Shown: positions 9,310-19,085, counted from the first letter of the stretch. The stretch: DNA of 64,000 nt from Patescibacteria group bacterium (GCA_038064415.1 JBBTTD010000001.1:13738-77737), one strand, 5' to 3'. Numbers and translations: made by a program. Notes: generated from the sequence alone by a model not told the origin.

Positions 9310-10881
9310 ATGGATTCAAGTATTCATTTGATAGTGCATAATGTTGCGGCGATTATTTCATCTGTAATGTTAATAGGTTTAGCTTTGTTTCTCGTTATCA
9401 ATAATCCACGCTCGCGGAGTACTATAATTTTTTCGTTGATGTTAGTTGCCGTTTTGGTTTTCATAGTTTCTCATGTAATCGGTGTAAACATAGTAGACCC
9501 AAATTTATCACGTGTCGTTTTTATGTTTAATTTGAGCATATTTTTTATTGGAGTTTTTATTTTTCATTCAATTATCGCGACAATTGGAAAAGAGAAAGAA
9601 CGGAAACTGATTCTGATTGCGATTTATGTAGCGAGTATTTTGATAACGGTCTTTTTTGTTTTTAATCCAGATCTATTTTTACTTCCTTCTATATCAAAAA
9701 TGTATTTTCCAAATTACTACGTGCCAGGGGTGTTAAATTGGCTACGCCTGGTATTTCTATATGGTCTTATGGTTCCATATTCTTTACTTGAGCTATTTCT
9801 AGCTTATCGCCAATCACAAAATAATATCGAACGCCAACAACTTAAGTATTTTATCATCGCTATATTTGTCGGTTTTTCTTTTGGTTTTATTCCAAATTTT
9901 CTAGTATACAATATTCCAGTTGATCCTCTCTGGGGAATACTCCTTGTTTCATTATTTGTGATCCCAATTGTATACGGTTCAGTAAGATATAGACTTTTCA
10001 ATATAAAAATCATAGCCACGCAAGCATTTTTCTATAGTCTTGCAATAGGAATTGTCGGAGGATTTATTTCTTTACTTAACTACTCAAACCAGTGGATTTC
10101 TGTGTTTTTCCCAAATTTTCCCATTTGGATAACCGCGCTTATATCAGCATTTTTTGCTGTTACCATTAGTGTTTTCGCATGGCGCAAACTTCGTGAAAGT
10201 GATCTCCTAAAATACGAGTTTGTCACCACAGTCACGCACAAATTCCGCACTCCGCTGACTCATATCAAATGGGCCTCGGAAAATCTATCCAAAAGCGCTC
10301 TATCAACCGATGATCAGACCCAAGTCAAATACATCCAATCAGCTGATGAAAAACTGGTTGAATTGACCAGATTGCTCATGAATATATCCGAGACTGAAAG
10401 CAGTGGCTATGAATACAAAATGGTTCGTAGTGACCTATCCGCTTTAGTCATTGAAGTAGAAAAAGGTATGCGTGAACAATACTTAATCAAAAATATGACA
10501 GTCACCGAAAAGATTGAGCCAGCGTTATATGCAGAATTTGACCAGTCTCGCATCAAATTTATTGTGCAGACATTTATAGAAAACGCCATTCGCTATACTA
10601 GAGAAGGAGGTACTATCCTTATCTCTCTCACTTCAAGAGGACATGATGTGGTATTTTCAGTCAAGGATACAGGTGTCGGCATCGCCAAAGACGAGCTGTC
10701 TCTGATTTTCTCCAAGTTCTATCGCAGTAAAGAAGCACGCCAAGTTGATACTGAAGGCATGGGTATCGGTCTATATGTCTCAAAAGAGATTATCTCAAGA
10801 CACAACGGCAAGATCTGGGCGGAGTCGGATGGATCTGGTAAAGGTAGTACTTTCAGTTTTTTACTTCCCGTGATCAAATAA
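9310..10881 (+). CDS. Multi-TM sensor histidine kinase
   Basis: Many hydrophobic N-terminal helices, H-box THKFRTPLT, ENAIRY, DTGVGI, GMGIGL; ATG follows TGCTATAAT. Confidence 0.93.
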   Translation: MDSSIHLIVHNVAAIISSVMLIGLALFLVINNPRSRSTIIFSLMLVAVLVFIVSHVIGVNIVDPNLSRVVFMFNLSIFFIGVFIFHSIIATIGKEKERKLILIAIYVASILITVFFVFNPDLFLLPSISKMYFPNYYVPGVLNWLRLVFLYGLMVPYSLLELFLAYRQSQNNIERQQLKYFIIAIFVGFSFGFIPNFLVYNIPVDPLWGILLVSLFVIPIVYGSVRYRLFNIKIIATQAFFYSLAIGIVGGFISLLNYSNQWISVFFPNFPIWITALISAFFAVTISVFAWRKLRESDLLKYEFVTTVTHKFRTPLTHIKWASENLSKSALSTDDQTQVKYIQSADEKLVELTRLLMNISETESSGYEYKMVRSDLSALVIEVEKGMREQYLIKNMTVTEKIEPALYAEFDQSRIKFIVQTFIENAIRYTREGGTILISLTSRGHDVVFSVKDTGVGIAKDELSLIFSKFYRSKEARQVDTEGMGIGLYVSKEIISRHNGKIWAESDGSGKGSTFSFLLPVIK

Positions 10882-10894
10882 GTTTTTCTAAAAT

Positions 10895-10968
10895 TGGTGG
10901 ACCTACCGAGAATCGGACTCGGGTCTCGGCAATGCGAATGCCGCGTCGTACCACTAGACCATAGGTCC
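10895..10968 (-). tRNA. tRNA-Ala(CGC), atypical (A3-U70, C55, 4-nt variable loop)
   Basis: GGACCTA..TAGGTCC-A-CCA; anticodon arm CGGCA-TTCGCAT-TGCCG; T arm CCGAG-TCCGATT-CTCGG. Confidence 0.9.
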
Positions 10969-10991
10969 TTCATACTACACCTCAAACTGTC

Positions 10992-11067
10992 TGGTGGACC
11001 ATAGCGGACTTGAACCGCTTACCTCACCCATGCCATGGGTGCGCTCTACCAGATGAGCTAATGGCCC
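10992..11067 (-). tRNA. tRNA-Ala(GGC)
   Basis: GGGCCAT..ATGGTCC-A-CCA with G3:U70; anticodon arm CACCC-ATGGCAT-GGGTG. Confidence 0.97.
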
Positions 11068-11171
11068 GTGAAATTGAAATTATTCAAACAAAATCAGCAT
11101 ACATCAGAATAGAGAATTTCTCAATTTATTTTATTGCATAAAATCTTCTATTACTGTAGTATTTTCTGGTC

Positions 11172-11285
11172 ATGAAATTCATTGGTTTTATTTTCTGGAT
11201 TCTTTTGGCCATAATCATTTTACCATGCGTTTTTGTAGCAGGACATATTTATCCCTTGTGGACTGAATGGGGAGAAGAATTCTAA
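11172..11285 (+). CDS. 37-aa single-TM microprotein, not in ORF track
   Basis: MKFIGFIFWILLAIIILPCVFVAGHIYPLWTEWGEEF; TTGCAT-17-TAGTAT promoter at 11134-11162. Confidence 0.65.
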   Translation: MKFIGFIFWILLAIIILPCVFVAGHIYPLWTEWGEEF

Positions 11286-11300
11286 TGTATAATACTATCA

Positions 11301-12746
11301 ATGGAGACTAAACTTGCAAATTCCGATCGTATCGCGCTCCATCCAACCATATTTGTGATTTTTGGTATTACCGGTGATTTAGCTTCAAGTAAGCTGATTC
11401 CGGCTCTTTTGGCGCTCTATTCCAAAAGACTATTGCCGCCGAATTTTGCCATAGTTGGCTTTTCTCGCCGAGTATTCAGCAGGGAAGAATTTCGAGAATT
11501 TATTCGCGATAAAATGAATGTCCGCCTCGGACAATTCAGAGAAGAAGACATCAAACATTTTTTAGATCACATGATATATGAACAAGGGATGTTTGATGAT
11601 CTCGGAGCTTATACGCGTCTGGCACTGAAATTAAAGAGCATAGATGATCGCTGGGGTCAATGTTCAAATAAATTGTTTCATCTTTCTGTCCCTCCAAATC
11701 TTTACGAAGGAATTTTAGCTAATATTTCCAATTCAAATTTATCCGCGCCTTGTGATGATGGCACGGGTTGGTCGCGTATTCTGATTGAAAAACCATTCGG
11801 CAGTGATATCAATACCGCGCATCATCTGGATAAGTTACTTGGTAAATTATTCAAGGAAGAACAAATATTCCGAATTGACCATTATTTAGCGAAAGAAGTT
11901 CTTCAAAACATTATTGCTTTTCGGTTTTCTAATTCAATGTTTGAGCCTTTATGGAATAGAAAATATATAGATAAGGTTCATATCAAGCTTTTTGAAAAAG
12001 AGACTATTGGTGAAAGAGGCGCCTTTTATGACTCAATCGGCGCATTTAGAGATGTTGGGCAAAACCATATATTGATGATGTTAGCCATCACCGCCATGGA
12101 GGCGCCGAAATCTTTTAGCGCGAATAACATTCGCAGCGAACGTGCCAGAATCTTGCGTAGACTTCGATCTTTTTCCAAGAGATCAATTAACAAAAGTGTT
12201 TTGCGCGGTCAGTATGTTGGTTACACCCAAGAACACGGTGTTTCACCAAAATCTCAGTCAGAAACTTATTTCAGAATTGAATCATACATAAATTCCGCGC
12301 GCTGGAGAGGGGTGCCATTTTATCTTGAGAGCGGTAAAGCTTTGGCTGAATCAAAAGCAGAAATTGATATATATTTTAAAGATACTAAAAATCCAAAAAT
12401 AGAAATTAAAGATTCAGCGCGAAAGATATATAAAAATTCACAGAACATTTTGACATTTAGGATCCAGCCCGATGAAGGAATAAGGATAAGATTTTTCGTC
12501 AAAAAACCTGGACATGAATTTAAGACAGAATCTAAAACCCTGAAATTTAAGTATGCTGACGCTTCTTCGTTTCATAATATACCGAATGATTATGAGCGTT
12601 TGATTCATGATGCCTTCGTCGGCGATCAAACACTGTTTGCTTCAACCGATGAGATTATGGCTTCTTGGAAATTTATCATGTCCATCTTAGACAATATAAA
12701 AAAAGTTCCATTGAAACTTTATGAGAGGGGAGCATCAGAAGTTTAG
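11301..12746 (+). CDS. zwf: Glucose-6-phosphate 1-dehydrogenase
   Basis: IFGITGDLA, IEKPFG, FRIDHYLAKE, DVGQNH, RWRGVPF, YERLI. Confidence 0.96.
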   Translation: METKLANSDRIALHPTIFVIFGITGDLASSKLIPALLALYSKRLLPPNFAIVGFSRRVFSREEFREFIRDKMNVRLGQFREEDIKHFLDHMIYEQGMFDDLGAYTRLALKLKSIDDRWGQCSNKLFHLSVPPNLYEGILANISNSNLSAPCDDGTGWSRILIEKPFGSDINTAHHLDKLLGKLFKEEQIFRIDHYLAKEVLQNIIAFRFSNSMFEPLWNRKYIDKVHIKLFEKETIGERGAFYDSIGAFRDVGQNHILMMLAITAMEAPKSFSANNIRSERARILRRLRSFSKRSINKSVLRGQYVGYTQEHGVSPKSQSETYFRIESYINSARWRGVPFYLESGKALAESKAEIDIYFKDTKNPKIEIKDSARKIYKNSQNILTFRIQPDEGIRIRFFVKKPGHEFKTESKTLKFKYADASSFHNIPNDYERLIHDAFVGDQTLFASTDEIMASWKFIMSILDNIKKVPLKLYERGASEV

Positions 12747-12755
12747 TTGATTTCA

Positions 12756-12948
12756 ATCAAGAAACAAAATAAGGTTGTAATTTTTCAAGCCGAGGACTGT
12801 TTGAGCGACTAGAAATTACTTGGTAAAAGGCGAATGGCGTTGGAATCACCAAAGCTTTGCTTTGTGTGATTCCTGAGCCGTTTACCTAGTAATTTCAGGA
12901 GCGAGTTCCGCAGGCTTGAAAAATTACAACCTTATTTTGTTTCTTGAT
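12756..12948. repeat. 193-nt hairpin element with 36-bp perfect terminal inverted repeats
   Basis: 12756-12791 is the reverse complement of 12913-12948; interior also pairs (GAAATTACT/AGTAATTTC, GGAATCAC/GTGATTCC, CAAAGC/GCTTTG). Confidence 0.95.
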
Positions 12949-12954
12949 AGTCGT

Positions 12955-13067
12955 TATCCACCCCTCAAACCCTTGCCTGTAACAAGGGTTTTATGTTATC
13001 CACAGTTTCATTTGCGTGCCTAAAATAGTAAAGTGGTATATAATATCCATCAAGTGGGAAGAAGTGG
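12955..13067 (+). promoter_or_regulatory. mraZ promoter region with DnaA boxes and GTGG repeats (putative MraZ operator)
   Basis: TTATCCACA 12996-13004, TTATCCACC 12955-12963; TATAAT near 13039; GTGG at 13033, 13054, 13064 (last two with 10-bp period). Confidence 0.6.
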
Positions 13068-13117
13068 TAAATAATTTACTTATTAATACCTCTTAAATTT
13101 TCCCAGAATTTACAAAA

Positions 13118-13558
13118 ATGTTAATCGGGGAATACAGACACACTATCGACGACAAAAACCGCCTTTCTCTCCCATCAAAATTCCGAAAGGAAATGGGTAC
13201 AAAGGTGGTAGTTACGCCCGGACTTGATTCCTGTCTTTTCATCTTCACGATGAACGAGTGGGAAAAGATTTCAGGACGTTTGTCGGTGTCGGGTTCCTCA
13301 TTGTTGACTGCGGACAATCGCGGCTTCAATCGATATCTCCTTGGTCGGGCGGTTGAAGTTGAGATTGACGCGGTTGGTCGCATGCTCATTCCAGAACATT
13401 TGCGACTGCGCGCCAAACTCGAGATCAAGGTCACATTTGTTGGCGTTAAGGATCGTGTTGAGTTGTGGAACGAAGCATCATGGGATGCATATGTCCATGA
13501 TGTGGAACTCAAGGCCGATTCGTTGGCCGAGAAATTAGGTAAAGAAAGTACGAATTAA
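13118..13558 (+). CDS. mraZ: Division/cell wall cluster transcriptional repressor MraZ
   Basis: GEYRHTIDDKNRLSLP and DAVGRMLIP repeats; position before rsmH. Confidence 0.96.
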   Translation: MLIGEYRHTIDDKNRLSLPSKFRKEMGTKVVVTPGLDSCLFIFTMNEWEKISGRLSVSGSSLLTADNRGFNRYLLGRAVEVEIDAVGRMLIPEHLRLRAKLEIKVTFVGVKDRVELWNEASWDAYVHDVELKADSLAEKLGKESTN

Positions 13559-13559
13559 G

Positions 13560-14498
13560 ATGGAAAGTGTACATCAAGCGGTTCTTTTACAGGAAGTAAT
13601 AGAAGGATTCGCTTTGGTTAAAGAAAAAACTTTAATCGGGGATAGTCAGAAATTTTCCAGATCAATCCTGCCGATATATTTTGACGGCACACTTGGCGGG
13701 GCGGGACATGCGTTGGCGATTGCAAAAATACTTGAAGGAAAACTTACTTTAATTGGTCTTGATCGAGATCCGCAAACAATTGAGCGAGCCAAAAATACTT
13801 TGAACGGAAAAGCTGAACGAATTATTTTGGAAAATGAAGACTATCGCAATCTAGATTTAGTACTTTCAAAATATGAAATTTCCGGTGTTGACATGATTCT
13901 CCTTGACCTTGGAATTTCTTCAGACGAATTGGAAAATTCTGGCAGAGGGTTTTCATTTCAAAAAGACGAACCGCTACTGATGACTATGGGGGATCCGAAA
14001 TCATATCCATTTACCGCTAGAGATATTGTGAACGGTTGGGCGGAAGAAGATATTGCCAATGTAATATTCGGTTATGGAGAAGAAAGATTTGCGCGCAGAA
14101 TCGCCAGAGCCATCATTAATTACCGCGACAAGAAAAAAATTGAATCATCAAACGAGTTAGCGGAAATCGTTAAATCGGCAATTCCATCATTTTATGGAAG
14201 AGGGAAAATTCACCCCGCCACGAAAACATTTCAAGCGATTCGCATTACCGTCAATGATGAACTCAATGCTTTAAAACAAGGGCTGACCAAAGGATATGAA
14301 AAATTGAATTCAGGTGGACGAATGGTGATCATTTCATTTCATAGTTTAGAAGATCGGATTGTTAAGGATTTTTATAAGAAACAAGCATTTTTAGGAGCAA
14401 AAATTATCACCAAAAAGCCAATTGTAGCGGGAGATCAAGAAAGAGCGGAAAATCCTCGTTCAAGAAGCGCGAAATTGAGAATAATAGAAAAAATATGA
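13560..14498 (+). CDS. rsmH: 16S rRNA m4C1402 methyltransferase
   Basis: DGTLGGAGH, DLGISS, RGFSF, HPATKTFQAIRI, SFHSLEDRIVK, NPRSRSAKLR. Confidence 0.97.
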   Translation: MESVHQAVLLQEVIEGFALVKEKTLIGDSQKFSRSILPIYFDGTLGGAGHALAIAKILEGKLTLIGLDRDPQTIERAKNTLNGKAERIILENEDYRNLDLVLSKYEISGVDMILLDLGISSDELENSGRGFSFQKDEPLLMTMGDPKSYPFTARDIVNGWAEEDIANVIFGYGEERFARRIARAIINYRDKKKIESSNELAEIVKSAIPSFYGRGKIHPATKTFQAIRITVNDELNALKQGLTKGYEKLNSGGRMVIISFHSLEDRIVKDFYKKQAFLGAKIITKKPIVAGDQERAENPRSRSAKLRIIEKI

Positions 14499-14830
14499 GA
14501 AAAACAATAACACGCACATATAACATAGCTCACGAATATCAACGACAGATTACCCTTACTGTTATTGCTTTTTGCGTAGTTTTAGCCCTAGGTTACGCGG
14601 TAAATCTGTATTATGTCATTTCTAAGACCGTGGCTCTACAGAGGATTAATGCGGAGACCACGACTCTAAGCGCTGAAATTCAAGGCCTTGATGCCAAATA
14701 TTTGAGCATTTCTGGGACGATTACTCCGGATATTTTCCGTAAATATGATCTAAATAAGGGACAAGTGAGCGCGTTTATATCTCGTACGACCTTGTTGGGA
14801 CGCGCTGACCTGACTGGACATGAACTCTAA
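14495..14830 (+). CDS. Probable FtsL-like bitopic division protein
   Basis: Single TM plus coiled segment; between rsmH and ftsI with overlapping start/stop. Confidence 0.55.
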   Translation: MRKTITRTYNIAHEYQRQITLTVIAFCVVLALGYAVNLYYVISKTVALQRINAETTTLSAEIQGLDAKYLSISGTITPDIFRKYDLNKGQVSAFISRTTLLGRADLTGHEL

Positions 14831-16532
14831 ACAGAGATTTCGCGCTCGTCTTATTTTAGCCTGCATAATTTTGATCGCGGGAAGTTTAGTTTTAGCGCTC
14901 TATTCCATTCAAATCATAGATGGGAAATCTTATGTCGCCAAAGCGGATAGACAGTATATAAAATCAGCAAATTCAGTTTTTGATCGAGGGTCAATATTTT
15001 TTAGCACCAAAGACGGAACATATCCGGCGGCAGCCACTTTGACTTCTGAATATTTGATATACATGAATCCTAAATTAATCAAGGATCCTGTCGGGACTTA
15101 CCAAGCACTTTCTCAATATATTAAGCTTGATCAAGAACAGTTTATGAGAAAAGCCGCTTTAGTAAATGATCCCTATGAAGAGTTGGCTCGTAAAGTTGGA
15201 GAATCAATTGTTCAATCAATTTCTGCTTTATCTTTGCGAGGTATCGGTATCTTGAAAGAAAGTAAACGCTCATATCCAGGCAATCAGTTGGCGGCGCACG
15301 CTTTGGGTATTATTGGTGAAAACAATGGTTTGGTTGAGGGGCGTTATGGACTTGAAAGAACTTATGAAGATGTTTTGGCGCGAACAGGGGTCGGTGGGAG
15401 CGCCAACATTTTTGCCCAACTATTTTCAAGTATTGGTGGTTCAGTGAGTGGTGGAAAATCTGGGGGACGGGGAGATATAGTAACGACTATTGAACCCACT
15501 GCTCAAGGATATTTGGAAAATGTTTTGGCAAAGACAAGTACTGAATGGAAGCCGGACGAGATTGGCGGAATTATCATGGATCCGCAAACCGGAAATATCG
15601 TGGCAATGGCGGCTTTACCGAGTTTTGATCCAAACGATACTTCAAAAGTTAAAGATCCGGCGGTGTTTTCTAATTCGCTTGTAGAGAATGCCTATGAGAT
15701 GGGTTCAATTATGAAACCGCTCACTATTGCCGCCGGTTTTGATAGTCAAGCAATTACTTCTTCATTCACATATGATGATACTGGCACTATAACTTTGAGT
15801 GGTAAGAAAATTTCCAACTTTGACGGTAAAGCTAGGGGAGTAATACCGGTTCAGGAAATATTGAGTCAGTCACTCAATGTCGGAGTCGCGACAGTCGCCT
15901 TGAAGGTGGGAAAAGATGATTTTTCTAAGTATTTTTTGTCATTTGGTTTAGGAAGTAAGACTGGCATTGATCAGCCAAATGAGACCAGTGGATTGGCCAG
16001 TAATTTGAAGACTGGACGTGACATTGAAATCGCTACAATGGCATACGGACAGGGTATTGCCGTTTCGCCAATGGCCATGACTCGGGCGCTTTCCATTCTT
16101 GCCAATAATGGCAAGCTCGTTACTCCACACATTGTCCAAGAAATTGATTATCTTGACGGTACAAAAAAGAAAATTAATCCAGATTTAGGAACTTCCGTCT
16201 TAGAAAAACAAACGGTTGAGGATGTTACTGGAATGTTAGTCAAAGTAGTTGATACGGCACTTCGTAAAGGCGCGCTTAAAATGGAGCATTATAGTATTGC
16301 CGCTAAGACTGGTACTGCCCAAATTCCCGATCCAGTGACCAAGGGTTATTATCCCGATCGTTACTTGCACTCATTCTTTGGGTATTTTCCAGCTTACAAC
16401 CCAAAGTTTATTATTTTCTTATACCAAAAATATCCCAAGGGCGCGCGGTATGCTTCGGAGACTTTAGTGAATCCGTTTAATGACTTGACGAAGTTTTTGA
16501 TAGATTATTATAATGTTCCGCCGGATCGATGA
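14820..16532 (+). CDS. ftsI: Class B penicillin-binding protein (FtsI-like)
   Basis: RGSI, RSYP, GLE, SxxK (GSIMK), SxN (SLN), KTGTAQ. Confidence 0.9.
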   Translation: MNSKQRFRARLILACIILIAGSLVLALYSIQIIDGKSYVAKADRQYIKSANSVFDRGSIFFSTKDGTYPAAATLTSEYLIYMNPKLIKDPVGTYQALSQYIKLDQEQFMRKAALVNDPYEELARKVGESIVQSISALSLRGIGILKESKRSYPGNQLAAHALGIIGENNGLVEGRYGLERTYEDVLARTGVGGSANIFAQLFSSIGGSVSGGKSGGRGDIVTTIEPTAQGYLENVLAKTSTEWKPDEIGGIIMDPQTGNIVAMAALPSFDPNDTSKVKDPAVFSNSLVENAYEMGSIMKPLTIAAGFDSQAITSSFTYDDTGTITLSGKKISNFDGKARGVIPVQEILSQSLNVGVATVALKVGKDDFSKYFLSFGLGSKTGIDQPNETSGLASNLKTGRDIEIATMAYGQGIAVSPMAMTRALSILANNGKLVTPHIVQEIDYLDGTKKKINPDLGTSVLEKQTVEDVTGMLVKVVDTALRKGALKMEHYSIAAKTGTAQIPDPVTKGYYPDRYLHSFFGYFPAYNPKFIIFLYQKYPKGARYASETLVNPFNDLTKFLIDYYNVPPDR

Positions 16533-16537
16533 ATGAG

Positions 16538-16587
16538 TAACACAAATCCACAAAAGTGTGTACATGCTTTTTTGTGGATTCGTGTTA
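16538..16587. repeat. 18-bp inverted repeat between ftsI and murF
   Basis: TAACACAAATCCACAAAA ... TTTTGTGGATTCGTGTTA (1 mismatch). Confidence 0.75.
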
Positions 16588-16626
16588 TGTATTTGTGTTA
16601 TTCTTGAATCGTTGTCTATAAATGCC

Positions 16627-18072
16627 ATGAACCTACTTAAAAAAATTCTTGTCTTAATCTTAACTCTTGAATCTCGCCTGATCATTGCCAAATACAAGCC
16701 TTTTATCGTCGCGATTACTGGCAGTGTCGGTAAAACTTCCACCAAAGACGCTATTTATGACGTCTTAAAAAAGCAAAGCAAATATGTTCGCAAAAGTGAA
16801 AAGAGCTTGAATAGTGAAATCGGTTTACCGTTGACTATTATCGGCGTGCCAAATGCTTGGCGCGATTTAGGCGGTTGGTCCCGAAATATTATGGAGGGGC
16901 TCCGACTCATTTTTGCTAAAAAAGAATATCCTGATTGTTTGATTTTGGAGATCGGCGCTGATCATCCCGGCGATATTATTAAAGTCGGAAAATGGTTGCA
17001 TCCGGATATTTCAGTGATCACGCAAATTAGCACTACTCCAGTGCATGTTGAATTCTTTTCATCCCCAGAAGAGGTTTTTGAAGAAAAAGCGGCACTAGCT
17101 GAAGCAATTAAACCTAGCGGGACTTTAGTTCTATTTGCGGATAATGAAAAAGTTTTGTCATTAGCGGGGCGAATTAAAAATAAAGACGTGAAAGTGATTT
17201 CTTTTGGTACGGTGCCATCCGCGCAAGTTAGAGGTTCGGAGGATCGGATCATTTACATGACACAACAAGGACTTGAAGGTCATGTTGAGATTCCAAGTCC
17301 AAATATTTCTACGATTGAAATACTGGCTTCAACCGAGACATTGGCAGATAAATTAGTAAATGATTCAGGCGCTGAAGTTTCAAATGTTAGACAGACTTCG
17401 CAAGTAAAAAACCCGATAGGTATTTCTTTTAAGCTTGACATGGACGGCAACAGCGTTCCAATATCAGTAAATGGCGTACTCGGCAAAACATATTTATATC
17501 CTCTTTTAGCGGCGGCCGCTGTCGGTAAAGTCCGAAATATTCCAATATCTTCAATTGTAGATAGTTTAAATAATTATCAAGCTCCAAAAGGCAGAATGAG
17601 CGTCATACTTGGCCTGAATGGTTCTACTTTGATAGATGACAGTTACAATTCTTCGCCGGACGCCGTTTCATCAGCCTTGCAAACTTTGAGAGAACTTGAC
17701 TGTACCGGTTCTAAAATCGTGGTACTTGGTGACATGATGGAACTTGGCCAATATTCTTCTGATGAGCATCGTAAAATTGGCAGGGAAGTCGTGGGTATCG
17801 CGAATACTTTAGTGACAGTTGGTCAGCGCTCGCGTGTGACTGCCGATGAGGCGATCAAAAGTGGTTTGTCGATTGATTCGGTACGCTCATTTGAATTATC
17901 CAGTGAAGCTGGTGAATATTTGAAGTTAATCGTTAGACAAGGTGACATTGTGCTCATAAAAGGATCACAGTCAGTCCGAATGGAAAAGACAGTAAAGATT
18001 CTTTTGCGTGAGTCGGAGAAATCAGGAGAACTATTAGTCAGGCAAGAAAAAGAATGGCTTGATAAAAAGTAA
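16627..18072 (+). CDS. murF: UDP-MurNAc-tripeptide--D-Ala-D-Ala ligase (with ~50-aa insertion)
   Basis: ITGSVGKTSTK, NSEIGLPLT, IDDSYNSSP, LGDMMELG, KGSQ. Confidence 0.93.
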   Translation: MNLLKKILVLILTLESRLIIAKYKPFIVAITGSVGKTSTKDAIYDVLKKQSKYVRKSEKSLNSEIGLPLTIIGVPNAWRDLGGWSRNIMEGLRLIFAKKEYPDCLILEIGADHPGDIIKVGKWLHPDISVITQISTTPVHVEFFSSPEEVFEEKAALAEAIKPSGTLVLFADNEKVLSLAGRIKNKDVKVISFGTVPSAQVRGSEDRIIYMTQQGLEGHVEIPSPNISTIEILASTETLADKLVNDSGAEVSNVRQTSQVKNPIGISFKLDMDGNSVPISVNGVLGKTYLYPLLAAAAVGKVRNIPISSIVDSLNNYQAPKGRMSVILGLNGSTLIDDSYNSSPDAVSSALQTLRELDCTGSKIVVLGDMMELGQYSSDEHRKIGREVVGIANTLVTVGQRSRVTADEAIKSGLSIDSVRSFELSSEAGEYLKLIVRQGDIVLIKGSQSVRMEKTVKILLRESEKSGELLVRQEKEWLDKK

Positions 18073-18133
18073 AAATCGTGTTATTTTGTTTTTGTAATTC
18101 TGATTTTAGTTTTCGCATTATCGCGAAACGCGC

Positions 18134-18205
18134 GGCCCTATCGTCTAATGGTTAGGACACGGCCTTCTCAAGGCTGGAATCCGGGTTCGAGTCCCGGTAG
18201 GGTCA
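18134..18205 (+). tRNA. tRNA-Glu(CTC)
   Basis: GGCCCTA..TAGGGTC-A; anticodon arm CGGCC-TTCTCAA-GGCTG; GGTTCGAGT. Confidence 0.96.
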
Positions 18206-18337
18206 CAAAAATTTGAATGATCAATGCGAATTATATAATCAGTTCACATTTGAGTGTACCTTTACTTTTTTATATGTATGTGTTATCATGCATCTGTAAG
18301 CAATCTTGACAACTAAACTGAAAGAAAGAAACAAACT

Positions 18338-18877
18338 ATGTTAGTAAAAACATTCACGGAAACAGGTTTCAAACCGTTTCCTTCTCCTCATATCAGTGAT
18401 GATGCATATGCCCAATGTCTGCAATCTGCGGCTATCGGTGCCGCTGATGTTATTCCGATTGATCGGAAAAATCGGACAATATATTTGGCCTGGCGTAGAC
18501 GCAAACCAGCTCAAGGATGGTGGTTCTTTGGTGGACGCGTGAAGGCTTCTGAAACTAATGCCAGTGCCGCAATACGTTGTTTTGCAAGAGAAACAAAAGT
18601 CTCACTAGGACTCGATCGCATCACTCACATCGCGGTTCTGGACTATCTTTGGAAAGACCGTGCGCAAGAGCCCTGTGATATGGGCTGTCACACAATCGGT
18701 CATACATTTGTAGTCGAGCTTTCTTCTGATGAACTGGTGGTTTTGAGGCATGAGCTTGAACCCGGAGAGTACGATTACGAGAAGGGTATTCGGGCTTTCA
18801 ATCGCGAAGAACTTGTTTTTGAGAATGTATTGCCACCAGTTATTGAATTGTACGACGAAATCTTCAAACAGCAGTAG
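18338..18877 (+). CDS. NUDIX hydrolase (GDP-mannose hydrolase-like)
   Basis: RRRKPAQGWWFFGGRVKASET..AAIRCFARET Nudix box variant. Confidence 0.75.
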   Translation: MLVKTFTETGFKPFPSPHISDDAYAQCLQSAAIGAADVIPIDRKNRTIYLAWRRRKPAQGWWFFGGRVKASETNASAAIRCFARETKVSLGLDRITHIAVLDYLWKDRAQEPCDMGCHTIGHTFVVELSSDELVVLRHELEPGEYDYEKGIRAFNREELVFENVLPPVIELYDEIFKQQ

Positions 18878-18909
18878 CTCAACATTTGCTGTTTCGCATA
18901 CACCTTCAC

Positions 18910-18940
18910 AAGGTTCACCGTTTTGCGGTGAACCTTTTTT
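18910..18940 (+). terminator. Intrinsic terminator
   Basis: AAGGTTCACCG-TTTTG-CGGTGAACCTT-TTTT. Confidence 0.85.
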
Positions 18941-19085
18941 ATTATATTCAAAGAAGCTTTGAATCTATACAGAATCTGTAAGATTTGGTTTTCCAAAACA
19001 TCACAAAGTATATTATAATTATCTCAACTGAAATAAGATCCTATTTCATTTTTTGTTAGAAATTTGTATAATCAAAAAATTAACT

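Noticed and set aside
12955-13004. oriC suggested by DnaA boxes (also 28849-28857, 22608-22616, 9246-9254)
   Set aside because: Only one or two boxes per site and no dnaA/dnaN nearby; more consistent with promoter-associated sites.
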